Shown here in pieces: positions 21,938-30,498 of a stretch of 64,000 nucleotides of DNA; the stretch's first letter is position 1; each line of letters begins with the position of its first letter. Both the position numbers and the translations under genes were made by a program. The stretch is taken from NCBI GenBank assembly GCA_964475465.1, contig CAYYXA010000005.1, positions 5,202 through 69,201 of the forward strand, in the 5' to 3' direction. The DNA is from an uncultured Brevinematales bacterium. GTDB lineage: Bacteria > Spirochaetota > Brevinematia > DTOW01. The notes below the pieces were generated by a model, which saw only the letters and a list, made by a program, of their open reading frames with translations, was not told the origin of the DNA and did not search any database.

Positions 21938-23013
21938 ACACCTACTTTCCCCTTAAGAATAGAGTTTACTTTATTTGCAGCAACAACAATAAGTACGCTC
22001 AAAAAGAAAGCCATTATTCCTGATATCACCTCATTAACTCCCTTGAGCAACGAATTCGAAGCCATAAACTCAAATACGCTACCCAAGAAACCTACTAGTG
22101 TTACCCCTAATATCGCCCAAAGTAGAGAAAGCAACATTACTTTTGTCCTTGATTCATCTTTGAAGATCCAAGCTAAATATATTATAACCAAAGACAAAGC
22201 CTGTGAATAAAGCATCAAGTTAACAAACCCTAAAATGTTCACTTTTTTTATGTACCCCAATATTGAGAACTGTGAAGATATCTTCAGAAAACCCCTAAAG
22301 AGTTTCTCATAAGGCAATCCATAACTACTAGGAACAATTTTTTCATAAGGTATTAGAAATATTACCCTGTCATTAGATTTCAGCTTAATACCTTCATCCA
22401 CAACGGAGATTTTAGCAGTATAAAACCTAACCTTTTGCTTTTCTATCTTTGCTATTCTAACACCTCCCTTGTAAACATTAATAGGTATTATTGCTTTCCC
22501 ATCAACAACATGAACTTTATTCGGAACGAAAATCATCTTAGGATTGGATTGAGAAGTCGAAAATCTTTTCATAGAGTCTCTAACAAACTTGTCCACTACA
22601 GGCTTGAAAAGAAGAGATACAAAAAATATCACATACACAACCAAGCCAAGAACAACTGAAAACTTTATAACATCACTAGAAAGCTTATACCTAAACAAAC
22701 TATACCCAACGACAAACAAAGAGAAAATAACTATAAAAGGCACAACATTTAACGTATTGCTTAGTCCATATATTACAACTACATCCCAAAAAGTTGGTTT
22801 TTCTAGGATATAAGTCGCTTTTATCACATCATTTATTCCATAGAAAAACGAAAAACAAAGAAATATCAAGAAAAACCACAAAAAAGTGAGCAAGAACTTC
22901 ATAGAATTCGAAAGGTAATCGAGGATTTCCCTAAGGGATATATTCAATTCTAACTTCACCATACAAGTATAATTATCGTTAATCGAAAGATCAAAAATAA
23001 AGTAGTTCGGCAA
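21934..23013 (-). CDS. LptF/LptG (YjgP/YjgQ)-family permease-like membrane protein.
   Basis: 359 aa with the 3TM - periplasmic beta-rich domain - 3TM architecture typical of LptF/G. Paired with the downstream paralog. Confidence 0.5.
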   Translation of the reverse strand: MPNYFIFDLSINDNYTCMVKLELNISLREILDYLSNSMKFLLTFLWFFLIFLCFSFFYGINDVIKATYILEKPTFWDVVVIYGLSNTLNVVPFIVIFSLFVVGYSLFRYKLSSDVIKFSVVLGLVVYVIFFVSLLFKPVVDKFVRDSMKRFSTSQSNPKMIFVPNKVHVVDGKAIIPINVYKGGVRIAKIEKQKVRFYTAKISVVDEGIKLKSNDRVIFLIPYEKIVPSSYGLPYEKLFRGFLKISSQFSILGYIKKVNILGFVNLMLYSQALSLVIIYLAWIFKDESRTKVMLLSLLWAILGVTLVGFLGSVFEFMASNSLLKGVNEVISGIMAFFLSVLIVVAANKVNSILKGKVGV

Positions 23014-23394
23014 CTCTATCGGGAAATAACAAGAACCCTATGGTTGTTGAGCCAACGGCTCCGCAACCCAATATAATCCTCTTATTTAGATTGCCTCGAG
23101 TAAATCAGCCATCAACTAAAGTCTTAAGAAAGACTACCATTTCCCTTAGCCAAAATAAATAATACTACCTCACCTCTAGAGGCACGTCATCACCGAAAAA
23201 TCTTTTTTTAATTTCCAAACATTCGGCAAAAGAACGATATCAAGCACAAAATACTATGGAACCATATCTTTTATACTTTCAGTACTAATGAAGTTATCAA
23301 GGCTATTGTTACCGGAAAATGGTTATCCAAAAACTTTTCAACTTTCCTTGCCAAAGAGTGCTAAAAATACATCGTACTCAGAAAGTATAATTCT

Positions 23395-23413
23395 TCGGGA
23401 GGCGGAGCCTCCC
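23395..23413 (-). terminator. GC-rich hairpin downstream of nrdJ.
   Basis: CGGGAGGC-GGA-GCCTCCCG, an 8-bp perfect stem, 17 nt after the nrdJ stop. The U-tract is weak. Confidence 0.45.
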
Positions 23414-23429
23414 GTTAGAAAATCAAACT

Positions 23430-26000
23430 CTATGAACACTTTGTATACCCACAATTCTTACATACAAAGCACCCATTTTCATTAACCAATGCTTTTTCGC
23501 CACAACTAGGACACTTCTCCATTTTCGTATTTTCAACTTTCAACTTCACAGCTTGAACCTCATGTTTATCAGCAAGTGAAACCGTTCCATTACCATTATT
23601 TGTACCACGACTATGATCAATAAAATCAGCAATATTATCAGTTTCCTGCTTTTTGTGAGTCGACTTTTCCGAAACTTTGATATCTTCTTTGTACTGCCCT
23701 TTGTATATTATCATAAGTGCCTTAGCAATAGCATCAGGTATAGAATGTAACGCTATACCTTGATCCCAGAAAGTTTCACTTCCCTTTATTCCCTCTAGCT
23801 GCTCTATAACGTTATCTATATTACCACCATTTTGGAGGTAGATGCTTATCAATCTGCCAATCGCTTCAGCATCAGCTTTCTCATCACCACCACTCTTACC
23901 TATGTTTATAAAAACTTCTTTTATCTGGCCGCCCTCATCTTTGTTCACTGTGACATAAAGGCTTCCCTGGGGCAACCTAAATTTCACAGTTTCCCCAACC
24001 ATTATTCTCGGTCTCTTAAAGGAAGGTTTTGTTTCTTCTCTCTTCTCATTAGCTTTTTGCTCAGTTATCAACACTCCTTCCCTACTGCCTTCTCTGTAAA
24101 CCGTTATACCTTTGCACTTTAGCTTCCAAGCATAGAAGTATATATCACTTATGGTCTTCTCAGTAGTATCGCTCGGTAGATTTACCGTACTGCTAATACT
24201 ATGGTCTATATGTTTTTGTATTGTTGCCTGCATTTTTACTCTGAAATAAGGGTCAATCTCATGAGCTGTAACAAAGAAATCAGGCAACTCTTCTTCACTT
24301 TTGACTCCATATTTCTCCATATACCTCTTAACAAGAGGATGATAAACCTTGAAAAATTCCTTACTTAAGCTTTCACTTCTTCTAACATACGATAACGCAA
24401 AAACAGGTTCTATACCACTTGTAACTCCTGCCAAAAGTGCTCCACTTCCAACAGGTGGGACAGTAAGCAATGCTACGTTCCTAAGTCCATACTCTTTTAT
24501 CTTATCTTGAACTTCCTTATCTAACTTTTTGATGAATGGACTCTTCAAGTGCTTTTTAGGATCAAATGCTGGGAACTTCCCTTTCTCTATAGCCAAGTTA
24601 ACACTTTCATCGTAGGCAATGTTCTTTATTCTATCAAAAAGCTCATCGACAAAATCTATAGCATCCTCAGAATCATACTTTATTTGCATCTTTATAAGCA
24701 TATCACCAAGGCCTGTAAAACCGACTCCAATTCTTCTAGACCTCATTGAGGCCTCACTCTGTTCTTTCAAAGGATGTCTATCCCTGTTATAATCCAATAC
24801 ATTATCTAAAAACCTCACAGTATACCTTACTGCTTTCTCTAAATTTTCCCAGTCCACTTCCGCATTATTAGTGAACTCATTCAAAACAAACCTTTCAAGG
24901 TTTATGTTCCCAAGGCAACAATCCCCATAAGGCTCAAGAGGTATCTCACTACAAGGATTAGTAGTGAGAACATACATATCATCATATTCACTGGTAGAAT
25001 TTTTCTTCATCGTTGAGATAAATATCACACCAGGCTCAGCTGAAGCCCAAGCGTTGTGTATTATCTTATCCCATATCTCTTTCGCTTTAACAACCTTATA
25101 AACTCTCTTCTTCCTTATCTCATTCTTATTCGTAACATAGAAATAAACCTTAGGAGTCGGGACATGAAGCCACATATCATAAAAACTTCTCTTTGACAGG
25201 TCTATACTAACGAAATCATCTCTTCCATGCAGTTTTGAAAGTACCTCATTTATATCACTTGTGCCGAACTCCTTAATAAGGTCATCCTCTCTCATTATAT
25301 CAGGATACCAAAGTTCCCAATCATTGTCGTTCAAAACAGCATTCATAAACTCATCCGTTATCTGAACAGAAATATTAGCATACCTAACCTTCATTCTTAG
25401 AGGGTCATTTTTTATAGTAATGAATTCTTCAACATCAGGGTGCTGGCAATTAATAGTTATCATCAAAGCTCCTCTTCTACCACTTTGCCCTATAGTACCA
25501 GTAGTCAAAGAGTAAAGATCCATAAAAGAAACAGCTCCTGTTGACGTATAAGCCGCATTATTGACTGGCGAACCTTTGGGCCTCAACACTGAAATATCTA
25601 TACCAACACCACCACCAAAAGAGTACGTCCTCGCCATCTCTTTCATTGTATCATATATATCCTCTATACTGTCCCCTTTTATGGGCAAAACATAACAGTT
25701 AAGTAAAGTTGCTTTCCTTTGTTCTTGACCAGCTCCAAACATTATCCTACCACCAGGAACCATCCTAAAGTCCTCTAGAAGCCAATAGAACTTTTCGTAC
25801 CACTCTTGTCTTTTCTCCTCTGTTTGCTCAACACTAGATATAGCTTTTGCCACTCTTCTCCACATTTCAGGTGGAGTCCTTTCTATAATATTCCCGTTAT
25901 AGTCCCTTAAGGCATACTTTTCTAAAAAAACTCTTGCTCTAAGCTCATCACCCTCAAACCATTCTAAAGTTTCTTTTGGCAATTCTAAAAGCTTATTCAT
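23430..26000 (-). CDS. nrdJ: Class II (adenosylcobalamin-dependent) ribonucleotide reductase with a C-terminal Cys4 zinc-ribbon.
   Basis: Active-site block NPCSEIPLEPYGDCCLGNINLERF, RRIGVGFTGLGDMLIKMQIKYDS, and the class II N-terminal region. The C-terminus reads CPSCGEK...CFVCKNCG. RBS AGGGGGGGT upstream. 856 aa. Confidence 0.9.
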   Translation of the reverse strand: MNKLLELPKETLEWFEGDELRARVFLEKYALRDYNGNIIERTPPEMWRRVAKAISSVEQTEEKRQEWYEKFYWLLEDFRMVPGGRIMFGAGQEQRKATLLNCYVLPIKGDSIEDIYDTMKEMARTYSFGGGVGIDISVLRPKGSPVNNAAYTSTGAVSFMDLYSLTTGTIGQSGRRGALMITINCQHPDVEEFITIKNDPLRMKVRYANISVQITDEFMNAVLNDNDWELWYPDIMREDDLIKEFGTSDINEVLSKLHGRDDFVSIDLSKRSFYDMWLHVPTPKVYFYVTNKNEIRKKRVYKVVKAKEIWDKIIHNAWASAEPGVIFISTMKKNSTSEYDDMYVLTTNPCSEIPLEPYGDCCLGNINLERFVLNEFTNNAEVDWENLEKAVRYTVRFLDNVLDYNRDRHPLKEQSEASMRSRRIGVGFTGLGDMLIKMQIKYDSEDAIDFVDELFDRIKNIAYDESVNLAIEKGKFPAFDPKKHLKSPFIKKLDKEVQDKIKEYGLRNVALLTVPPVGSGALLAGVTSGIEPVFALSYVRRSESLSKEFFKVYHPLVKRYMEKYGVKSEEELPDFFVTAHEIDPYFRVKMQATIQKHIDHSISSTVNLPSDTTEKTISDIYFYAWKLKCKGITVYREGSREGVLITEQKANEKREETKPSFKRPRIMVGETVKFRLPQGSLYVTVNKDEGGQIKEVFINIGKSGGDEKADAEAIGRLISIYLQNGGNIDNVIEQLEGIKGSETFWDQGIALHSIPDAIAKALMIIYKGQYKEDIKVSEKSTHKKQETDNIADFIDHSRGTNNGNGTVSLADKHEVQAVKLKVENTKMEKCPSCGEKALVNENGCFVCKNCGYTKCS

Positions 26001-26163
26001 ACCCCCCCCTAACCTTCATTTTGGTAATTATTAAATCTTTTTAGAAAAAAAATCAAGAACAAAAAGACCTGCTGAAAAATTTAACTTTCCTTGAATTTAC
26101 ATAGAGAGAAAATGAGTAACATCTCCACATTTTCCCGAAGTACCTAAACAAGAAAGCGCTATC

Positions 26164-26198
26164 AAGTACGAGTACTTAAAGTACGAGTACTTAAAGTA
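26164..26198. promoter_or_regulatory. Tandem 15-bp palindromic repeat (2.3 copies of AAGTACGAGTACTTA) in the nrdJ upstream region. Candidate operator.
   Basis: Units at 26164-26178 and 26179-26193 are identical. Each is an inverted repeat AAGTAC-GA-GTACTT. An AT-rich -10-like stretch TAAATAATATATTATATT follows. About 165-200 nt upstream of the nrdJ ATG. Confidence 0.5.
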
Positions 26199-26269
26199 TA
26201 AATAATATATTATATTCTTAGGCACACACCCATATAAGACACAACTTACAATATTACTTAACCAACAAT

Positions 26270-26875
26270 TTAATTTGAAACAGAAATTAATTTCAGATCA
26301 ACTAACCTGCCTTCAACAGAGGCATTAGTAAACTTACCAATTACAACACCTCTTAAGAAAAACCTATCAACTAACGTCAAATCTGAAACTTTTTTTACCT
26401 TCATCCAATTATTTCCATAAACATATCCACTAGTTGAATTCGTAAGAGAAATGTTTTTTACCTCTCCATTGTAGTAAATATTAACATTCCCGTCTAAACC
26501 TTCCTTAGATAAAATCCAAACAAGAGATGAAACATCAAAAACCTTCTGTACACCATTGTTTGTAAAATGTAATTCATTGCTTAACTTTCCATGATAAAAG
26601 CTTATACGTGAAAAATTTATGTTTCCAGATTTATCAAAGAACGAAATCTGAGAAGAATGAATATTTAGATAAGGAGGTACTCCTCTTAGAGATTTCGTTA
26701 CCACTTCAGATTTAATAACACCCTCACTAATCATCTCGTAGTCATACTTAATCAAAGTCTGATATCTATACTTTGAATCCACTAAGAACTCATAAACAGC
26801 TAATAATATATAATTCTCAGCAAAAACAAAAGAAGACACTAAAATCAAAAAAAGCGAAAGTAACTTCCTTATCAT
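26270..26875 (-). CDS. Secreted protein of unknown function.
   Basis: Start reset to MIRKLLSLFLILVSSFVFAEN, a signal peptide. The track ORF begins at a TTG 51 nt upstream. No recognisable catalytic motifs. Confidence 0.45.
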   Translation of the reverse strand: MIRKLLSLFLILVSSFVFAENYILLAVYEFLVDSKYRYQTLIKYDYEMISEGVIKSEVVTKSLRGVPPYLNIHSSQISFFDKSGNINFSRISFYHGKLSNELHFTNNGVQKVFDVSSLVWILSKEGLDGNVNIYYNGEVKNISLTNSTSGYVYGNNWMKVKKVSDLTLVDRFFLRGVVIGKFTNASVEGRLVDLKLISVSN

Positions 26876-26912
26876 GGTAATATTTTCGTACCACATGAAG
26901 AAATTTGAAGTT

Positions 26913-27773
26913 CTAGAATCTTTCAAAGAACAAGGTTAGCGATGAATAAGTAGCTCTGTCTGTTGAGTAGATTCTAAAAATTGTTTCTATATCCTTTGAT
27001 TTCATATCATCCGTGAAAAATTTAACAAAATAAAGTCCTAACCCCGCTCCAAGTTTGTCTTCCTCAAAAGCTTCTTCCGAAAAACCATCAACTATAGTAG
27101 TTATATCAGCTGTGGCCTTTTCTCTAAGCAATTTAGCTTGTTCAGGGTTCAGCAACGTATTGTTCGATACCTCAACTTTGAATATCTCCTTAGAAAACTT
27201 CCACGAAATGTTTACCCACTTGTCACGTATAACACAAAGATGAGCCATCTCTCTTCTGTGTTTCGTTATAAACTCAACCTGACTAAAAGGAAGATCCAAA
27301 TCCTCAGATTCAATAACACTAGTGAAGTTAGCCTTCTCGGCATTATCAACAAGCTCCATTATAACATTATTGATGTGCACAATGTCATTCTTACCTATAA
27401 AATCAAGAATTCTATTTGTTATGTACTCTATCAAAACCCTCTGATCATGCGGAGCATACAGTTTAAGGCTTATACCTTTCGTATAAATCAAAAGTTTCTC
27501 TAACTCCAGCAAAGTCTTCAATACCTTCTCAGACAAATTTATATAAAGATTAGGTAGATTAGAAGGATCATATTGCCCCCTCTTATCAGGGGGCAATACG
27601 TTATTAAACTTTATAAAACCTAGCTTGTTGAGAACAATACTCAGCGTATCCTTAGGTGTACAAAGCTTCAAAGCTTTAAGCAAATCCTCTTCGCCAACTC
27701 TGCCTAAATCCATTAATCTATCATAAAGGAAACAACCACCAACATCAACAATTCTAAAAATTAACTTCAACAC
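26913..27773 (-). CDS. Cytoplasmic GHKL/HATPase_c-fold protein (Bergerat ATP-binding fold) without a recognisable His-kinase dimerisation/phospho-acceptor domain.
   Basis: N-box-like MELVDNAEKAN and G2-box-like DKLGAGLGLYFVKFF about 100 aa apart. No signal peptide or TM. The start is ambiguous: GTG at 27773, or ATG at 27713. It is 20 bp overlapping, or at most 40 bp downstream of, the TonB-dependent receptor gene. Confidence 0.45.
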   Translation of the reverse strand: MLKLIFRIVDVGGCFLYDRLMDLGRVGEEDLLKALKLCTPKDTLSIVLNKLGFIKFNNVLPPDKRGQYDPSNLPNLYINLSEKVLKTLLELEKLLIYTKGISLKLYAPHDQRVLIEYITNRILDFIGKNDIVHINNVIMELVDNAEKANFTSVIESEDLDLPFSQVEFITKHRREMAHLCVIRDKWVNISWKFSKEIFKVEVSNNTLLNPEQAKLLREKATADITTIVDGFSEEAFEEDKLGAGLGLYFVKFFTDDMKSKDIETIFRIYSTDRATYSSLTLFFERF

Positions 27774-29586
27774 CTCCCCAAATCCATCTTCTAGGCATTT
27801 TCACCTTGTTTATATCTTCATACTCAACATCCCCCAAATTCTCACCTTCGACAAACAGCTTGACACCTGAAAGTACTTCATAAGAAACTTTAGCATTTAT
27901 AAGTGTATACGTAGTGTAAGGTAGTAGATTCCCATCTAAGTCTCTTCCCTCAAACCTGTTCCTTAGACTTACAAGTGTGTAAATCGTCAAACCATACAGA
28001 TTTTGATTGATAACCAAGTTAGCTTGATGTTCTAGATACTTATCATACCTAAATGTGTAATTACTAGGAACACCTGAATCAAATTTTGAATAGCTATAGA
28101 ACAACCTTAATGAACCACTATCAAGTATCTTGTAGTTAAGGTTTATACCAATCTCTACTCCACCTCCACTAATCCACCTTATGTTTTGTGCTTCAAACCT
28201 TAATCCAGGAATAGACCTATCGTCAGCAAAATCTATAATATTCAAAGCATCTCTCCAGTACCCAGAAACAAACAAATAACTACTTCTCTCATCGTTGAAG
28301 AAATAAGATAAGCTTAATTCATAGTTCCATCCCTCCTCCGGCTTCAAATTAGTATTGCCAAACGCTACACCATCGTAATAGTAAAGCTCAGTGTACGTAG
28401 GTACTCTAAAGAACCTTGAAGCACTACCCGAAACTTTGACAGAATCACTTACGTAATAGTAACCCTTCAACGAAGGTGAAGGAATAACACCATAAACCCT
28501 ATCACCTAAGTACCAAATATCACCTCTTACACCAACGGAAAACGAAGATCTTTCAATAGGAGAAAACCCATATTCAACAACTAACCCAAAAGGTACATCA
28601 TACCTATTACCTAATAAATTTGTTTCACCATTCGTTGTATAAGCTCTGCTATCGATAACGTTCCCTCTAGTCTCAAACTTAGCAAACAACAAACCATACT
28701 CTCCAAAATCAAATGTATTCTCAACACTCAAAACGGATTGATATTTAACATGATTGTTTGTCTGGGTAGTCGGGGAAAGAATATTAACAATATAGTTGTC
28801 TATGCTACTCTTTGCAAGTAAGTTGATTCTGAATTTTCCAAAACCCAAACTAGCAATTCCCAACGTGCCCACTTCACTTTCCCTAGCTTCAGTACCATAA
28901 AAAGAGCTAGCACCATACCTTTTTTCAATATGCCCGACAAAAAGAGTAAATTCACCACCAAACAACTTTGAAACAAAAGTTGTATTCAAAACCCACTGAT
29001 CAAAATCAGTGTTAAATCTCCAACCATCACTTCTTTTCTTATCGAACGAAAGTCTAAATCCTACCACACCAAAACCCTTAGAAACCGAAAAGGTACTTCC
29101 AAAAAGCCCATAATCACCAACATAAGTTTTTACGTTAACTCCTTCGGTAATATCCTTCGATATCTCAAAATTAATAACTCCCCCCACAGCATCACTACCA
29201 TAAATAGTCGAATTACCTGATTTTTGTATAGAGACAGAACTAATGTCATAAACTGTAAAAGGCAACGACAAATTCAAATGCCCCGTCTGAATATCATTAA
29301 AAGAAACACCATCCAAAGCAAAAGAAACCTGACTAAATCTACTACCCCTCACACTAACATCACTCTGAACATCAAAAGGTGCCCTATTCTGTAAGTAAAT
29401 GCCACTGCCCTCAAGAAGTGACCTAAAAGATACATAGCTATCCACATTCGTTAGCACCTCAACTACCGAATACCCCTCACTAACCCTAGTATCAATAACA
29501 TATTCCTCTAACTCAATACCAAAAGCCGAATCAAAAATATTCGCCACAAGAATCAAAAGCAAACTAACCACTAACAATCTTCCCAT
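27754..29586 (-). CDS. TonB-dependent outer-membrane receptor, BtuB-like in size and plug motifs.
   Basis: Signal peptide. Plug-domain blocks VSVRGSRFSQVSFALDGVSFND and IYGSDAVGGVINFEI, compare BtuB IRGTNASHVLVLIDGVRLN and VYGSDAIGGVVNI. 22-strand-sized barrel of 610 aa. C-terminal aromatic residue (...VEVNF). RBS AAAGGAGGGAGG. Confidence 0.8.
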   Translation of the reverse strand: MGRLLVVSLLLILVANIFDSAFGIELEEYVIDTRVSEGYSVVEVLTNVDSYVSFRSLLEGSGIYLQNRAPFDVQSDVSVRGSRFSQVSFALDGVSFNDIQTGHLNLSLPFTVYDISSVSIQKSGNSTIYGSDAVGGVINFEISKDITEGVNVKTYVGDYGLFGSTFSVSKGFGVVGFRLSFDKKRSDGWRFNTDFDQWVLNTTFVSKLFGGEFTLFVGHIEKRYGASSFYGTEARESEVGTLGIASLGFGKFRINLLAKSSIDNYIVNILSPTTQTNNHVKYQSVLSVENTFDFGEYGLLFAKFETRGNVIDSRAYTTNGETNLLGNRYDVPFGLVVEYGFSPIERSSFSVGVRGDIWYLGDRVYGVIPSPSLKGYYYVSDSVKVSGSASRFFRVPTYTELYYYDGVAFGNTNLKPEEGWNYELSLSYFFNDERSSYLFVSGYWRDALNIIDFADDRSIPGLRFEAQNIRWISGGGVEIGINLNYKILDSGSLRLFYSYSKFDSGVPSNYTFRYDKYLEHQANLVINQNLYGLTIYTLVSLRNRFEGRDLDGNLLPYTTYTLINAKVSYEVLSGVKLFVEGENLGDVEYEDINKVKMPRRWIWGGVEVNF

Positions 29587-29612
29587 ACCTCCCTCCTTTG
29601 AAAAAAGAATAT

Positions 29613-29643
29613 TAGTAAACTTCTTTATTTTTCAAGTTTACTA
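29613..29643. promoter_or_regulatory. Perfect 10-bp inverted repeat (TAGTAAACTT-N11-AAGTTTACTA) immediately upstream of the TonB-dependent receptor gene. Candidate operator or 5' UTR hairpin.
   Basis: Arms at 29613-29622 and 29634-29643. Sits about 27 nt upstream of the receptor start codon and next to its RBS. Confidence 0.45.
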
Positions 29644-29904
29644 ATAAAATAATTTAAATTACTTAATAATCTTGTTAAACAGTGTTTATGTTTACCGTAA
29701 GGGAATTAATAAATTGCTTTCATATCTAACGAAAAGTTCCAAAGAGCTAAAGAAGTCATCACATCTTTAATAAACATTCCAAGGATTACAAAGAACTTGT
29801 GATTTAAGCACTCATTAATAATAAAATGAAGAAGGATAAGTTCTAGCTTCTGTTCTGTAAGAATTACTACTCAGTATAAATGCCAATAGTAACTTTTAAA
29901 TCCT

Positions 29905-30315
29905 TTATCTGTTATTTTCTTTCAATCTTTCACTTACTATCTTAGCTGTGACATTATCGACCTTTTCGACTACCTCAGGATTTGGCTTCAGGGTATAGGA
30001 TATTTGATAGGAATTTATTGCAGACTCGTACTTAGAAACTTTCTCGTAGATATCTCCTGCTTTTTCGTACTTCGAAGCCATCTCGCTGATATGCCTAGTA
30101 CTCTCAGTATTAGAAGGGGTATTTAGTTCCCTTTCTACTTCCTTCATCTGGTCTCTAACCTGGTTTTGAACATTCCTCTCATTCTTCGATTCAGAGACAA
30201 TATTTGAAACTAAATTGATATTTCTCACATCTACAAAATTAATCCTCTCCATAACATTCCAAATATTATTATACAAACAAAATTTACCTCTTTCAATAAT
30301 ATCTAAGAAATTCAT
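29905..30315 (-). CDS. Hypothetical 136-aa protein. Possible single TPR-like helix pair at the C-terminus.
   Basis: ORF heading the minus-strand gene string that leads into the TonB-dependent receptor. No diagnostic motifs. Lys/Glu/Asn-rich. Confidence 0.3.
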   Translation of the reverse strand: MNFLDIIERGKFCLYNNIWNVMERINFVDVRNINLVSNIVSESKNERNVQNQVRDQMKEVERELNTPSNTESTRHISEMASKYEKAGDIYEKVSKYESAINSYQISYTLKPNPEVVEKVDNVTAKIVSERLKENNR

Positions 30316-30498
30316 TACCTCAATAAATTAAGTTCCGTGTTAACAAAACTAACTAACAAATGCTTAATATTAAGTGCTTAAAACCTTCAATAAAAAAGAA
30401 CCTTAGATCACGTGTCCGAAATGCTAATAAAACAACAAAATCTTAAGTAATTTGAATCTAAAAAACAACTCTTTTATATTTGGTTCTAGGAGGATGGT

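Noticed and set aside
26001-26270. Canonical NrdR boxes upstream of nrdJ.
   Set aside because: No 16-bp acaCwAtATaTwGtgt palindromes were found. The tandem AAGTACGAGTACTTA repeat is a different motif and is reported separately.
29587-29904. Possible cobalamin riboswitch upstream of the BtuB-like receptor.
   Set aside because: Neither the B12-box (GCCACTG-type) nor the AGYCMGGAAG-type core could be found on the coding strand. Only the AT-rich palindrome was found. Needs a covariance-model scan to be sure.
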